Assembly (NCBI GenBank): GCA_021791815.1
Contig: JAJYVV010000003.1
Span: 1 to 52,212, forward strand
Length of the DNA: 52,212 nt
From: Bacillota bacterium
GTDB taxonomy: Bacteria > Bacillota > Sulfobacillia > RBS10-35 > JAJYVN01
Direction of reading: 5' to 3'
Part shown: in pieces, positions 18,515 to 27,582 of the stretch
Numbering within the stretch: the first letter of the stretch is position 1
How the letters are laid out: each line of letters begins with the position of its first letter
Translations under genes and position numbers: made by a program
The notes under the pieces: model-generated
What the model was told of the DNA's origin: nothing
The model's input: only the letters and a program-made list of their open reading frames with translations
The model's database searches: none

Positions 18515-18736
18515 CGGCCTCGCCCCTTCCGCGAAGGGGGCGGCGGCGGCGGCATCCCGCCCCCGGCCCATGCCGTCCCGGCCGAACCCAGCACCACAGG
18601 ATCGGGCGCGCGGCGCCACGGGCATCGCCGCCGCAGCGGCTTGGACGGCCGGATGGCCAACCGGAACCGTCCCGCCCGACCCGGGCGGAAGAAGCAGGCG
18701 AGGCCTTGCGGTGCGCCCAGGGTCGAACCATGATCG

Positions 18737-19723
18737 TCAGAGCTCCGCCGGATCCAGGGTGACATGCTCGATGCGGGTCCTCCGATGCGAATAGGCAAGG
18801 TGCACACGGCCGTCCCCGCCCTCGATGATCGCCGGATACGAGAACTCGCCGTCCCCCGCGGCGAGAACGATGGGCGGCCCCCAGTTCCGGCCGCGATCCT
18901 CGGACACACGCAGCGCCAGCGGCGAGCGGGCGCTCTCGGTGGGGTTGTGCGCGAGGAGCAGGCGCCCGTCGGACAGGACCTGGGCATCGATCCCCGTGTC
19001 GGGATTGGGCAGGTCGGTGGGTTCGGCCTCGCTCCACGTACGGCCTCCGTCCGCAGAGCACGAGCGCCAGATGCGGCGGTCGCCGGTGCGCAGATACATC
19101 TGCATTTCCCCATCAGGCCAGGCGGCCAGCGCCGGCTGAATCGCGCCGCTGCACCCTTGTGGCACGGCGATGGCCTGTCCATAGCGCCAGGTCCCGCCGC
19201 CCGCGGGGCGTGTTCCCAGCCAACTCCGGCGCTCCAGGTCGCTGTATGCGCCGATCGCCAACTCGCCGTTCGGCCGCACGAGGGGCTTGTTCTTGACCAG
19301 GAAGCTGCGCTGGTCGCGCAGGGATTGCTCCTGGCTCCAGGTCCAGCCGCCGTCCCGGGACTGGACGATGTAGCTGAAGCTGTCGTGCCCGCGCGCCCTG
19401 CCCTCGAAGTTGCCCTCCGGCCGCTCGACGCGCGTGAAGAAGAGCTCGATCCGTTCCTCGCCGTCGGGTCCGGTATGCGCGCAGAGGGCCGCGTTGCCGT
19501 ACGCGCGCGGGTCGTTCATGCCCGCGACGGCGCGCACGTCCTGCCATTGCGCCGCCCCGGCGGGCCGCCGCGCGAAGAGGATCACGCCGTTGCCGCCCTT
19601 GTGGTCCGCCCCGGCGAACCACGCGCAGATCAGCTCGCCGTTGCCGCGCTCGGCGATGGTCGCGCCGTGCGCGGACGAGTAGCCGGGCAGCCGGTCGAAG
19701 ATGAAGCAGCGGTCGACGGGCAC
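18737..19723 (-). CDS. Sialidase/BNR_2 family protein
   Basis: AHGATIAERGNGELICAWFAG, SRDGGWTW, LVKNKP, AIQPAL, SADGGRTW, LPNPDTGID, SEDRGRNW, EFSYPAII. Confidence 0.85.
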   Translation of the reverse strand: MPVDRCFIFDRLPGYSSAHGATIAERGNGELICAWFAGADHKGGNGVILFARRPAGAAQWQDVRAVAGMNDPRAYGNAALCAHTGPDGEERIELFFTRVERPEGNFEGRARGHDSFSYIVQSRDGGWTWSQEQSLRDQRSFLVKNKPLVRPNGELAIGAYSDLERRSWLGTRPAGGGTWRYGQAIAVPQGCSGAIQPALAAWPDGEMQMYLRTGDRRIWRSCSADGGRTWSEAEPTDLPNPDTGIDAQVLSDGRLLLAHNPTESARSPLALRVSEDRGRNWGPPIVLAAGDGEFSYPAIIEGGDGRVHLAYSHRRTRIEHVTLDPAEL

Positions 19724-19957
19724 GCCCTCACCCCGTCCCACCTATACCACCAGTCCCGCGGCGCGCACAGCCGCCCGCATCCCCCCCGGCAGGCGCCCAT
19801 CCGGGGACCGTTCCGGCGCCGGGGGGCATCTCGCCGCCGTCGATGCGCAGGGCGGCCACGAAGGGCGGCAGAGCCGGAGTCTGCGGGGCGGGGGGCGTCG
19901 GGCCGGAACCTCCCGGTGGGCCACGGGCCGAGGGTTGCGCCGCGCGCGCGGCGGGCG

Positions 19958-20374
19958 GTGGCGCGGTGCAACGATCGGCCCGGGACCGGCCTCGGGGTCG
20001 CCATTGTCGCGGTCATCGCCACCGTGTATGGAATCTTCCGTCTTTTGCTCACGCTCCTGGGACTGGCCGGGATGGCCCTCGCCTCCGCCGGGATGCCCAT
20101 CCAGCACAGGACGGGTACGCTCCTCTGTGCGACGGCGTCGGACCTCATTCTGAACATCGGATTCCTGGCCTTCGGCATGGGCGCTTTGCCGCTCAAGGGC
20201 TGGTCCTGGGTCGCCGGCATGGTGGCCCTGGCGCTGGAAGTGGCCGGCGAACTCGTTGCGTTCGTGCCGCACGGCTCCCACGCCCACCTCCTCACCATGC
20301 AGGTCCTCGCCGTCGTGATCTTCTGGTACCTCGTCCGCCTGGATGTTCGCTCCGCCTTCGGGAAGCCCGCGTAG
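19958..20374 (+). CDS. Small multi-pass membrane protein
   Basis: About four hydrophobic segments, ends IFWYLVRLDVRSAFGK. Start uncertain. Confidence 0.6.
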   Translation: MARCNDRPGTGLGVAIVAVIATVYGIFRLLLTLLGLAGMALASAGMPIQHRTGTLLCATASDLILNIGFLAFGMGALPLKGWSWVAGMVALALEVAGELVAFVPHGSHAHLLTMQVLAVVIFWYLVRLDVRSAFGKPA

Positions 20375-20565
20375 CGCCGTCCCAGTTCCGCCGCGGCTCA
20401 TGCGGCCGGCTCCCGCCATGCGGGCCAGCCCCCTTCGGCCAGATGGACGGCGCAACGGCCGCCGCCTCCACGCCCGCTGCCGTTGGCCGCCCTCCGAGCG
20501 GGAGTTTAAGCGTGGGTGGGGGACGACGGGGTCCCAAGGCTTGAGGCAGAGGCGTTTTGGGACAG

Positions 20566-22308
20566 TCACGGTGTAGTACCTGCGGAGGTGGCCGGGTGGG
20601 GGTCTGGGTGGAAGCGCTGCAAGCCGAGCAGGGTGAACAATCGCTGCTGCTCGGCGTCGCGGCGGGTGAGACGGATGCCGACCGGAACGGCGCGCGGGCG
20701 CTTTCCGGGTTGGGGTTGGGGGAGATCGGCGACGGCTCGTATCTGGGCCAGGGTCTCGATGAGGGCGGCGAACCCAGGGGCGCGTGCGGGGTCGGCCCGC
20801 CGGACCTCGCGGTACAGAAGGGCGCTCAACAGGAGGGCGAAGACGCAGTATGCCGCGTGGACGCGGACCTTTTGGTCGGTCCAGTGGAACAAAGGACGCC
20901 AGCTGACGAAGTGCGGGTCCTTCCATTGCTTGAAGGCATCTTCGATCTCGGCCTGGCTGCGGTAGGCGGCGATGATCTCCTCATCCGTCCACTTGGACTG
21001 GTCGGTGAACAACAGCGTCTTGCCGAAGTAGAGATCGACCATCTCTTGGAGACCCCGGTCGTCCCACTCGTAGGTGAGATGAACGCGCCCACCTTCGTCC
21101 GCGGTGACCGTGTAGCGGAGGTACGGTCCAGGCTCTCGACCCCGCAGCAGGCGGGCGATGAGGCGCTTGGTCCCGTCCGGGGTGGGCCTTTTGCCACGAG
21201 GCAAGGGTGATTGGGTCCAGCGGTGCAGCTTGGCCTGCAGGGCCTGCAAGCCCGCTTCGATCTGGCGACGCTGCCGCTGCAGGCCCTGCATCTGGCCCGC
21301 CAGCAGGTGGGGGTTGAAGGTGGCGACGACGGTCCGTTCGACACCATAAACCTGCCGGGTGACCCGGTGAGCGAGAAGTCCCGGCCAGCGATCGGGGTTC
21401 ACCTCGTGATAGGCGACCTGCGGGATGGCCAGCACGTCCTTGTGTTGTCCGGGCACCAACGAACCGACGAAGCGCAGGCGATCGCGCGCGACGCGGTCCA
21501 GATTGGCCTGACTGTTGTTACCCTTATCGAAGACCAAGGTCACCTCGGCCTCCGGCCCGGCCACCGCGCGGCAGCGGGCGACGAGGCGGGCGTATACATG
21601 CTCAAACGCCTTGCTGTCGGGGACGTTGCCGGGGTAGGTCTCGTGCAGCAGGGGGACATGGCCGTCGGCGGTGGCCAAAAGGCCGAGCCCGATCTGACGC
21701 AGATCGTTGCGCTTTTGTTTGTTGTGACCACGTTGGGGGAGTTCGGCATCGGTTCTGGTGTTGATGTATGTGAAGAAGTTCGTGGCGTCGTAGATGAGCC
21801 CCCGCACCTGGACGCCGAATTCCGCGACCGCCGCCCGGGCCAGATCCAACTCGATGGCCTCGATGGCGGCCGCGTCGACGCGGTCCATCGCTTGCCAGAA
21901 GCGTTGACTGGTGAAGTGTTGTGCCGATAGGCCCCAGAGCCGGCGTAGCATGGTGCGCTCGTACCAACCGCCAATCTGGGCCTTGCTCTTGGCCGCGACG
22001 ACCCGATTGATGGCCGCGAGCAACAGGTAGCGGCCGACGCCGACCTCCTGCTGTCCCTGGGGCACGTGGCGGTCGACGATGCTCTCCAAGCCGAGACGCT
22101 CCGCGATAGCCAGCACGGCGGCGACCGCGCCGAAGTCGTAGACGACGACGTCGTACGCGCCGGGTCCCTGCAGGCAGCGGGCCACGACGTCCTCCATCTT
22201 GCCGAGGTACCGCTGCCAGACGATGCGAGGCTTGCCGTTGACGCGCTTGGACTCGACGGCGTACCAGTACTCGTGCCCGCGGACGGTCTTGCGCATGAGG
22301 CGCGGCAA
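20566..22308 (-). CDS. IS1634-family DDE transposase
   Basis: YWYAVESKRVNGKPRIVWQRYLG, IYDATNFFTYI, RGHNKQKRNDLRQI, YPGNVPD, LVFDKGNNS, YRSQAEIEDAFK, RPLFHWTDQKVRVH. TTG start with GGAGGG SD. Confidence 0.9.
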   Translation of the reverse strand: MPRLMRKTVRGHEYWYAVESKRVNGKPRIVWQRYLGKMEDVVARCLQGPGAYDVVVYDFGAVAAVLAIAERLGLESIVDRHVPQGQQEVGVGRYLLLAAINRVVAAKSKAQIGGWYERTMLRRLWGLSAQHFTSQRFWQAMDRVDAAAIEAIELDLARAAVAEFGVQVRGLIYDATNFFTYINTRTDAELPQRGHNKQKRNDLRQIGLGLLATADGHVPLLHETYPGNVPDSKAFEHVYARLVARCRAVAGPEAEVTLVFDKGNNSQANLDRVARDRLRFVGSLVPGQHKDVLAIPQVAYHEVNPDRWPGLLAHRVTRQVYGVERTVVATFNPHLLAGQMQGLQRQRRQIEAGLQALQAKLHRWTQSPLPRGKRPTPDGTKRLIARLLRGREPGPYLRYTVTADEGGRVHLTYEWDDRGLQEMVDLYFGKTLLFTDQSKWTDEEIIAAYRSQAEIEDAFKQWKDPHFVSWRPLFHWTDQKVRVHAAYCVFALLLSALLYREVRRADPARAPGFAALIETLAQIRAVADLPQPQPGKRPRAVPVGIRLTRRDAEQQRLFTLLGLQRFHPDPHPATSAGTTP

Positions 22309-22337
22309 GCGAGACCCTCCCCGGTGATGGCCGCCGT

Positions 22338-22545
22338 CAGGTGCTACCCATGGTCGACCTATTCTCCAGTTGGGTTCTGGTTCCTGCGTTTATCCGCTCC
22401 TTCCCGGGAGACTATCAGGTGCTACGTTCCCGGGAGCCGCCTCCGGTCTGCCCGTTCGCTCGCGCTCGCCTGAAACATCAAGCGGGACAAGGGTTTCCCC
22501 TCGCCCCGCCCTCCGCGCTGTGCTCGACCCGGCTGCAGGTGCTAC
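22338..22545 (+). repeat. Three copies of CAGGTGCTAC in the IS leader, plus an inverted variant at 20573-20582
   Basis: Exact 10-mers at 22338-22347, 22416-22425 and 22536-22545. GTAGTACCTG (reverse complement CAGGTACTAC) near the other end. Confidence 0.8.
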
Positions 22546-22898
22546 GCCCGCTCTTAAACTCCCGCGAGGCATCCGCGTCGAGGGTCGTCCATCATCGATA
22601 CGCCGCCCACCCCGTGATGGCCCATCCGATGCTCGTCCGCCAGAAGGCGCCACGAGCGTCGCTGGATCGGCGGCGGCGCCGCCTCTGGTGACGCAAGGAC
22701 CGTTGGGCGCCGGTCGCGTCAAGCCGCAGGGCCTTCGCCCGATGGGCTCCGCCCGTCGGCCGCCCGCGGAGCCTCCAGGCGACCCGGGGGATCAGGGGCG
22801 GCGGCATCGGCGCAGGCGGGCGGCCGGACCTCACCGAAGGTTCGCGCCGGCCGAGCCGTCGCGGTGCCGGCCCAGGTCCACGGGAAAGAGGTGTTCCG

Positions 22899-23351
22899 AT
22901 GACAAGGCAGGAGTCCGTGCGCACGTCCCGATTTCTGCACCGGGCGCTTCATCCCGACATGCGCGCGCTGCGCACCGCCATCGGCGAGGCCAATGGGATC
23001 AACGCCAAGCTGGCTGTGTTCGTCACCAATCTGGTTGGGACGATGTGGTGCGCCTACCTCTTCACCTGCATCGCGCTGCTCGGGCTGCCCACCGCGCTGC
23101 GGCCGGGCGGCGAAGGGATCGTGGCCTGGATCGCGCAGACGTTTCTCCAGCTCGTGCTCCTGTCCGTGATCATGGTCGGGCAGAACGTGCAGAGCCTGGC
23201 CGCAGACGCCCGCTCGGAGAACACCTTTCGCGACACGGAACAGATTCTCGACCGGCTCGACATCCACACGGAAGGCGGGCTCAAGGCGATTCTGGACCGC
23301 CTGGACGACATCGAGCGCCGGCTTCCCGCGCGGAGCGATGCGGCGTCGTAG
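22899..23351 (+). CDS. DUF1003-like membrane protein
   Basis: INAKLAVFVTNLVGTMWCAYLF, WIAQTFLQLVLLSVIMVGQN. GAGGTG SD. Confidence 0.75.
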   Translation: MTRQESVRTSRFLHRALHPDMRALRTAIGEANGINAKLAVFVTNLVGTMWCAYLFTCIALLGLPTALRPGGEGIVAWIAQTFLQLVLLSVIMVGQNVQSLAADARSENTFRDTEQILDRLDIHTEGGLKAILDRLDDIERRLPARSDAAS

Positions 23352-23452
23352 CGGGCCAGGGCGCGCCGCTCCGTCATGGATCCCGCCGAGCGGCCCACGG
23401 GCCGGGCGGCGCTCGGGGCCGCGGGCGCCCGTTTGCGGAAGGGGCGGAAGCG

Positions 23453-24340
23453 GTGGACGAGACGGCGCTGCTGCAGCCCCTCTTCGACGATCCGCTCCGC
23501 GAGGTCGTCCACGTCCGGCCGGGCTACGCGAGCCATGCGTCGGACGTCTGGCTCGTCCGCACGGATGCCGAAGAGGCCGTGGTGCGGGCGTCCCGGCTGG
23601 GGCCGGAGGCGCGGGGGCCCTTCCATGAGGGGTGCCGCGCCCTCTTCGGCTCGGATCCGAGCCGGGTCTGGGACCTGGAGGCGATCAACGGCCACCTCGG
23701 CGCCTGCGGCGCCCTGCGGGTGCCGCGCGTCCTGCGGCGGGGATGGGTGGGATCCCGCCCCTGCGTCGTCGTGGAGCGCCTGCCGGGGACGTCGATCGAG
23801 ACGTTCGCCGGCGCGTCCCCGCGCGTGCTGGCCGACCTGGGCCGGGGTCTGGCGAAAATGCACAGGCGCACGGGCGACTGGTTCGGCACGCTGACCCCCC
23901 GCCACCGGGTGCCGCTGGATCGCTTTCCGACCCGGTTGGCCGAGAGCATCGCCGCGCTGATCCCCGCGTATCGCCCGGACCTGGGGGAGCGGGCGGACGG
24001 CGCGGTCGCGGCCGCCAGGCGGCTACCCGTGCCGCCCGCCGCGTGCCCGATCATGCCGGACCTGGATCCGACCCAATTCCTGGTCCACGGCGACCGGCTC
24101 AGCGGGCTCGTGGACACGGAGTACTGCTGCGCCGGGCCCCGGGAACTGGACTTCGTGGCCCTGGAGTACGTGCTGGACCGGGCCGGGGCGCGGATCTTCG
24201 CCGAGGCGTACGCGCGGGTGCTGGGGCTTCCGGTCCTGGGCGGCGTCCGGCCCCTCTACCGCCTTCTGTATCTGCTGCTGGAGGTCCAGGGGCGCGGGCC
24301 GTTCGACGGGTGGATGGCCCAACCGGCCCTGTTCGATTGA
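23453..24340 (+). CDS. Aminoglycoside phosphotransferase / choline kinase-like protein
   Basis: HASDVWLVRT, VPRVL, VVERLPG, LAKMH, IMPDLDPTQFL, GLVDTE, GPRELDF. Confidence 0.75.
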   Translation: MDETALLQPLFDDPLREVVHVRPGYASHASDVWLVRTDAEEAVVRASRLGPEARGPFHEGCRALFGSDPSRVWDLEAINGHLGACGALRVPRVLRRGWVGSRPCVVVERLPGTSIETFAGASPRVLADLGRGLAKMHRRTGDWFGTLTPRHRVPLDRFPTRLAESIAALIPAYRPDLGERADGAVAAARRLPVPPAACPIMPDLDPTQFLVHGDRLSGLVDTEYCCAGPRELDFVALEYVLDRAGARIFAEAYARVLGLPVLGGVRPLYRLLYLLLEVQGRGPFDGWMAQPALFD

Positions 24341-24344
24341 GGGG

Positions 24345-25445
24345 CTACCGGCCGCCCATGCCGGCGGCCCTTTCCGCCAGCATCTGCTCCAGCGGGTTGG
24401 CGGGGTTCGGCAGCGGCAGCGCCACAAGACGCCCCAGCCGCGCCGACTCATACACCGCCATCAGGATTTCCAGGGTCGCCCGCGCGCTGCGGCCATCGAG
24501 CGGATGCCGGTGGCCATCCTCCAGCGCGTCCAGGAGTTCCGCCTGCGGCGACAGGCCCCGGTGCCATGGGCCGGGGGCCGGGTCGACCACCTCGGGCCCG
24601 TTCCGCGCGACCACACGGAGCAGGGGCCCCTGGCCGTCGGGGGCGTCGCCCGCCACCTCGATGCGGCCGTCGGTCCCGTGCAACACGATGCGGTTGTAGT
24701 TGGGACCCGAGACCCGCGCTCCGAGGCCCTCCCGCTCGGGGGTCGCCCCGGCCCCCCCCGTGGTGAGCCACGCCCGCACGCCGCCCTCGAACTTGACGTG
24801 CGCCATGGCCGCGTCCTCCAGCGTGTGGCCCCAGCCGGTGCGCCGGCTCCGCGCGTCCACCTGCCCCAGGACCCACTCGGCCGGGGCGTCCCCGGCGTAG
24901 AAGCGCACCAGATCCACCGTGTGGGTGCCGTCCACCATGAGGGACGACCCGGGATGGCCCGCCGCCTGGATGTGCTCCAGGCGGCCGATGGCGCCGCCGC
25001 GCAGCAGCTCCCGCGCCTGCGCGTACTGGGCCATGTACCGCCGCTGGTGCCCCACCACCAGGGTTACGCCGTATCGGGCGCAGGCCTCGATCATGGCGTC
25101 GGCCTCGCCCAGGTTCATGGCCATCGGCTTCTCGCACAGGATCGCCCGGGGGCGGTACGCGGCCGCGGCGATGGTCAGCGGCGCGTGCAGGGTTTCGTTG
25201 GTGCAGACGAGCACCACATCCGGCCGCACCGCGGCCTGCATCGTCCCGTGGTCGGTGAAGCGCAGGGCGCGCGGTACATGGAACCGCTGACCGAAGCTCT
25301 CCAGGGCGTCCGCCTTCACGTCGCAGATGGCCGCGATCTCCGCCCTTCCCGTGGCGAGGAACGCCTCCGCGTGGTAATTGGCGATCCCCAGCCCGCCCAC
25401 GCCGATGATCCCGACCCGCGCCGCGCGGTCCGTATGCTCCGCCAT
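24345..25445 (-). CDS. Gfo/Idh/MocA family oxidoreductase
   Basis: RVGIIGVGG, AICD, ILCEKPMA, VGHQRR, DGTHTVDL. Confidence 0.9.
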   Translation of the reverse strand: MAEHTDRAARVGIIGVGGLGIANYHAEAFLATGRAEIAAICDVKADALESFGQRFHVPRALRFTDHGTMQAAVRPDVVLVCTNETLHAPLTIAAAAYRPRAILCEKPMAMNLGEADAMIEACARYGVTLVVGHQRRYMAQYAQARELLRGGAIGRLEHIQAAGHPGSSLMVDGTHTVDLVRFYAGDAPAEWVLGQVDARSRRTGWGHTLEDAAMAHVKFEGGVRAWLTTGGAGATPEREGLGARVSGPNYNRIVLHGTDGRIEVAGDAPDGQGPLLRVVARNGPEVVDPAPGPWHRGLSPQAELLDALEDGHRHPLDGRSARATLEILMAVYESARLGRLVALPLPNPANPLEQMLAERAAGMGGR

Positions 25446-25580
25446 GCCGCTCCCCCCGCGGCGGCCCCGTACCGCGCCGGGGCGCCCTTCCCTTCCCGCG
25501 GGCGTACGGAGCGGAGCAGGACGCGTCCGGGGGTCATGGAAGGCCGGCTGCCGGCCCACCCGGGGAAGCGGGGGATGTGC

Positions 25581-26714
25581 ATGGCCGAGGCCCGAGCCCT
25601 GCGCGTCGCCGTCGTCGGCTGCGGCAAGATCGCCGCGGCGCACGCCGGCGCCTACGTCCGCGACGGCCGCGCCCGGCTGGCGGCCGCGGTCGACCCCGCG
25701 GCGGAAGCGGCGGCGGACTTCGCGCGCCGCTTCGGCGTGCCGCGCACCTACCCCGACCACCGCGCGATGCTCGATGCGGAGCGCCCGGACGTGGTGTCCG
25801 TCTGCACATGGCCGCCCGACCACCCGGCTCCGGTCGTGGACGCGGCGGCGGCCGGCGCACGCGGGATTCTCTGCGAGAAGCCCCTGGCCGTGACCCTGCC
25901 GGAGGCCGACCGGATGCTGGCGGCGGCGGAGCGCGCCGGGGCGGTCTTCATGGTCGGGCACCAGCGGCGCCTGGAGGCGAGGTACCGCCTGGCGCGCGAC
26001 CTGATCGCCTCGGGCGCCCTGGGTGAGGTGGTGGACGTCCACGGCACCTGCGGGGGCGACCTCCTCACCGACGGCACGCACCTGTTCGACCTGGCCCGGT
26101 TCCTCCTCGGGGACCCCCCGGCCGCCCATGTCTTCGCCGGCATCGACGTCACCCTGCCGGAGCGGATGGCGCCGACGGGCTTCGGCACCCTCCACTACAA
26201 CGCGACGCACCGCCGGTACGGGCACCGCATCGAGGGGGGCGCCGCGGGCCACGTGCAGTTCGCGCCGCCGGACGGCGCGCGGGCGGGTCCGCGCTTCCGC
26301 TTCGAGACGGGCAGCATGGCCCGCCCCTTCGGCTACCAGCACTTCCGGGTGGAGGGCACGCAGGGGCGGCTCGCGGTGAGCGGGGACCCGGCGGACGGCG
26401 AGCGGGCCTGGCTACGGGTCCAGCGTCGCGGCGGCGGTCCCGGAGGGGCGTGGGAGGACGTGCCCCTGCCGCCCTGCGACCCCCTCGCGGCCGAGGTGGG
26501 GGCCCTGATCGACTCCGTGCTCGCCGGCGCCCCCACGCCCGATGCGGCGCTGCTCGCGGCGGGCTCGGCGCGCGCCGACCTCGAACTGGTCCTCGCCGCC
26601 CTCGACTCCGCCGTGCGGCGCCGGCTCATCGGGCTGCCCGCCTCCCTGACCGACCACCCGCTCGAGCGGTTGGATGCCGGCGAGACCCGCAGTCAAGGGG
26701 GGACCGCCCCGTGA
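25581..26714 (+). CDS. Gfo/Idh/MocA family oxidoreductase
   Basis: RVAVVGCGKIA, ILCEKPLA, VGHQRR, DGTHLFDL. Confidence 0.9.
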   Translation: MAEARALRVAVVGCGKIAAAHAGAYVRDGRARLAAAVDPAAEAAADFARRFGVPRTYPDHRAMLDAERPDVVSVCTWPPDHPAPVVDAAAAGARGILCEKPLAVTLPEADRMLAAAERAGAVFMVGHQRRLEARYRLARDLIASGALGEVVDVHGTCGGDLLTDGTHLFDLARFLLGDPPAAHVFAGIDVTLPERMAPTGFGTLHYNATHRRYGHRIEGGAAGHVQFAPPDGARAGPRFRFETGSMARPFGYQHFRVEGTQGRLAVSGDPADGERAWLRVQRRGGGPGGAWEDVPLPPCDPLAAEVGALIDSVLAGAPTPDAALLAAGSARADLELVLAALDSAVRRRLIGLPASLTDHPLERLDAGETRSQGGTAP

Positions 26715-27526
26715 ACCTCGGCGTCGTGCAGCACTCGCTCGCCTGCGGGGAGGATCCCCTCCTTGCCCTCGACCGCGCGCACGAACTGGGCGTGCAGGTC
26801 GTGAGCATCTCTGCCGCCCCGCTGCTGCGGGATCCGGCGCTCCTGTCCCACGTCGCCGACCGGGCCGCCGCCTACGGCATCGGCGTGGAGACCGGATGGG
26901 GCGACCGGTTCCTCGACAACGGCGCCGGCCAGCCGGTCGAGCCCTTCCGCGCCTTCGTGCGCGGCCTCTGCCGGCCGCTGGGCGTCCGCGTCGTCGGCAC
27001 CGCCGGCGGGAGCGACCGCTGGGACCGCCGGATGCCCCTGGCGGAGCAGTTGGCGCGCCTGACGGCCGCGCTGCGCCCGCTCGCCGCCGTGGCGGCCGAG
27101 GAGGGCGTGGTCCTGGCCCTCGAGAACCACGCCGACTATCGCGGACCCGAGGTCGCGGCCGTCGTGGCCGCGGTCGGCTCGCCCGGCCTCGGCGTCCGAT
27201 TCGACACCGCAAACCCATACGCGGTCATCGAGGAGCCCCTCGCCGCCGCCGAGGCGCTGGCGCCCCTGACGGTCGCGACGCACATCAAGGATCTGAGGGT
27301 GCGCCCCAAGCAGCAGGGGCTCCTGGCCCTCGTGGGTTGCGCGCTGGGGGAGGGCGACGTCGACCTCGGGGCCATCGTGCCCATGCTCGCCGCGCGCGCC
27401 CCCGACCCGGCGCGCCTGACCCTCACGGTGGAGGTCGAGCCGCCGCCGGGCACGGACGTCTGGGCGGCGGCCCGCCGCAGCGTGGCGTGGATGCGCGAGG
27501 CGTTCGCGGACCTGCTGGGGCGGTGA
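26711..27526 (+). CDS. Sugar phosphate isomerase/epimerase (xylose isomerase-like TIM barrel)
   Basis: GTGA overlap with the previous stop. LALENHAD, FDTAN, THIKD, LGEGDVD, VEVE metal-ligand motifs. Confidence 0.85.
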   Translation: MNLGVVQHSLACGEDPLLALDRAHELGVQVVSISAAPLLRDPALLSHVADRAAAYGIGVETGWGDRFLDNGAGQPVEPFRAFVRGLCRPLGVRVVGTAGGSDRWDRRMPLAEQLARLTAALRPLAAVAAEEGVVLALENHADYRGPEVAAVVAAVGSPGLGVRFDTANPYAVIEEPLAAAEALAPLTVATHIKDLRVRPKQQGLLALVGCALGEGDVDLGAIVPMLAARAPDPARLTLTVEVEPPPGTDVWAAARRSVAWMREAFADLLGR

Positions 27527-27582
27527 CGGGCGCGCCCAGCGGTGGAAGCGGGGCCCGGGCGGAGACCGGAGGAGGTGTCCCC

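Larger units (their letters stand above)
20499..22564 (-). mobile_element. IS1634-family insertion sequence, about 2066 bp
   Basis: Terminal inverted repeats CGGGAGTTTAAG(c/a)G(t/c)GGG at both ends. CGAG duplicated on both flanks (20495-20498 and 22565-22568). Visibly more AT-rich than the flanks. Confidence 0.85.

Noticed and set aside
22338-22545. CAGGTGCTAC repeats as a mini-CRISPR array
   Set aside because: Only 10 nt long, unequal spacing, inside the IS ends, and no cas genes.
22720-22898. Possible riboswitch before the DUF1003-like gene (GATGGGCTCCGCC, CACCGAAGG, GGACCT/AGGTCC stem)
   Set aside because: The downstream conserved elements of fluoride or glycine riboswitches are missing, and short GC stems are expected by chance.
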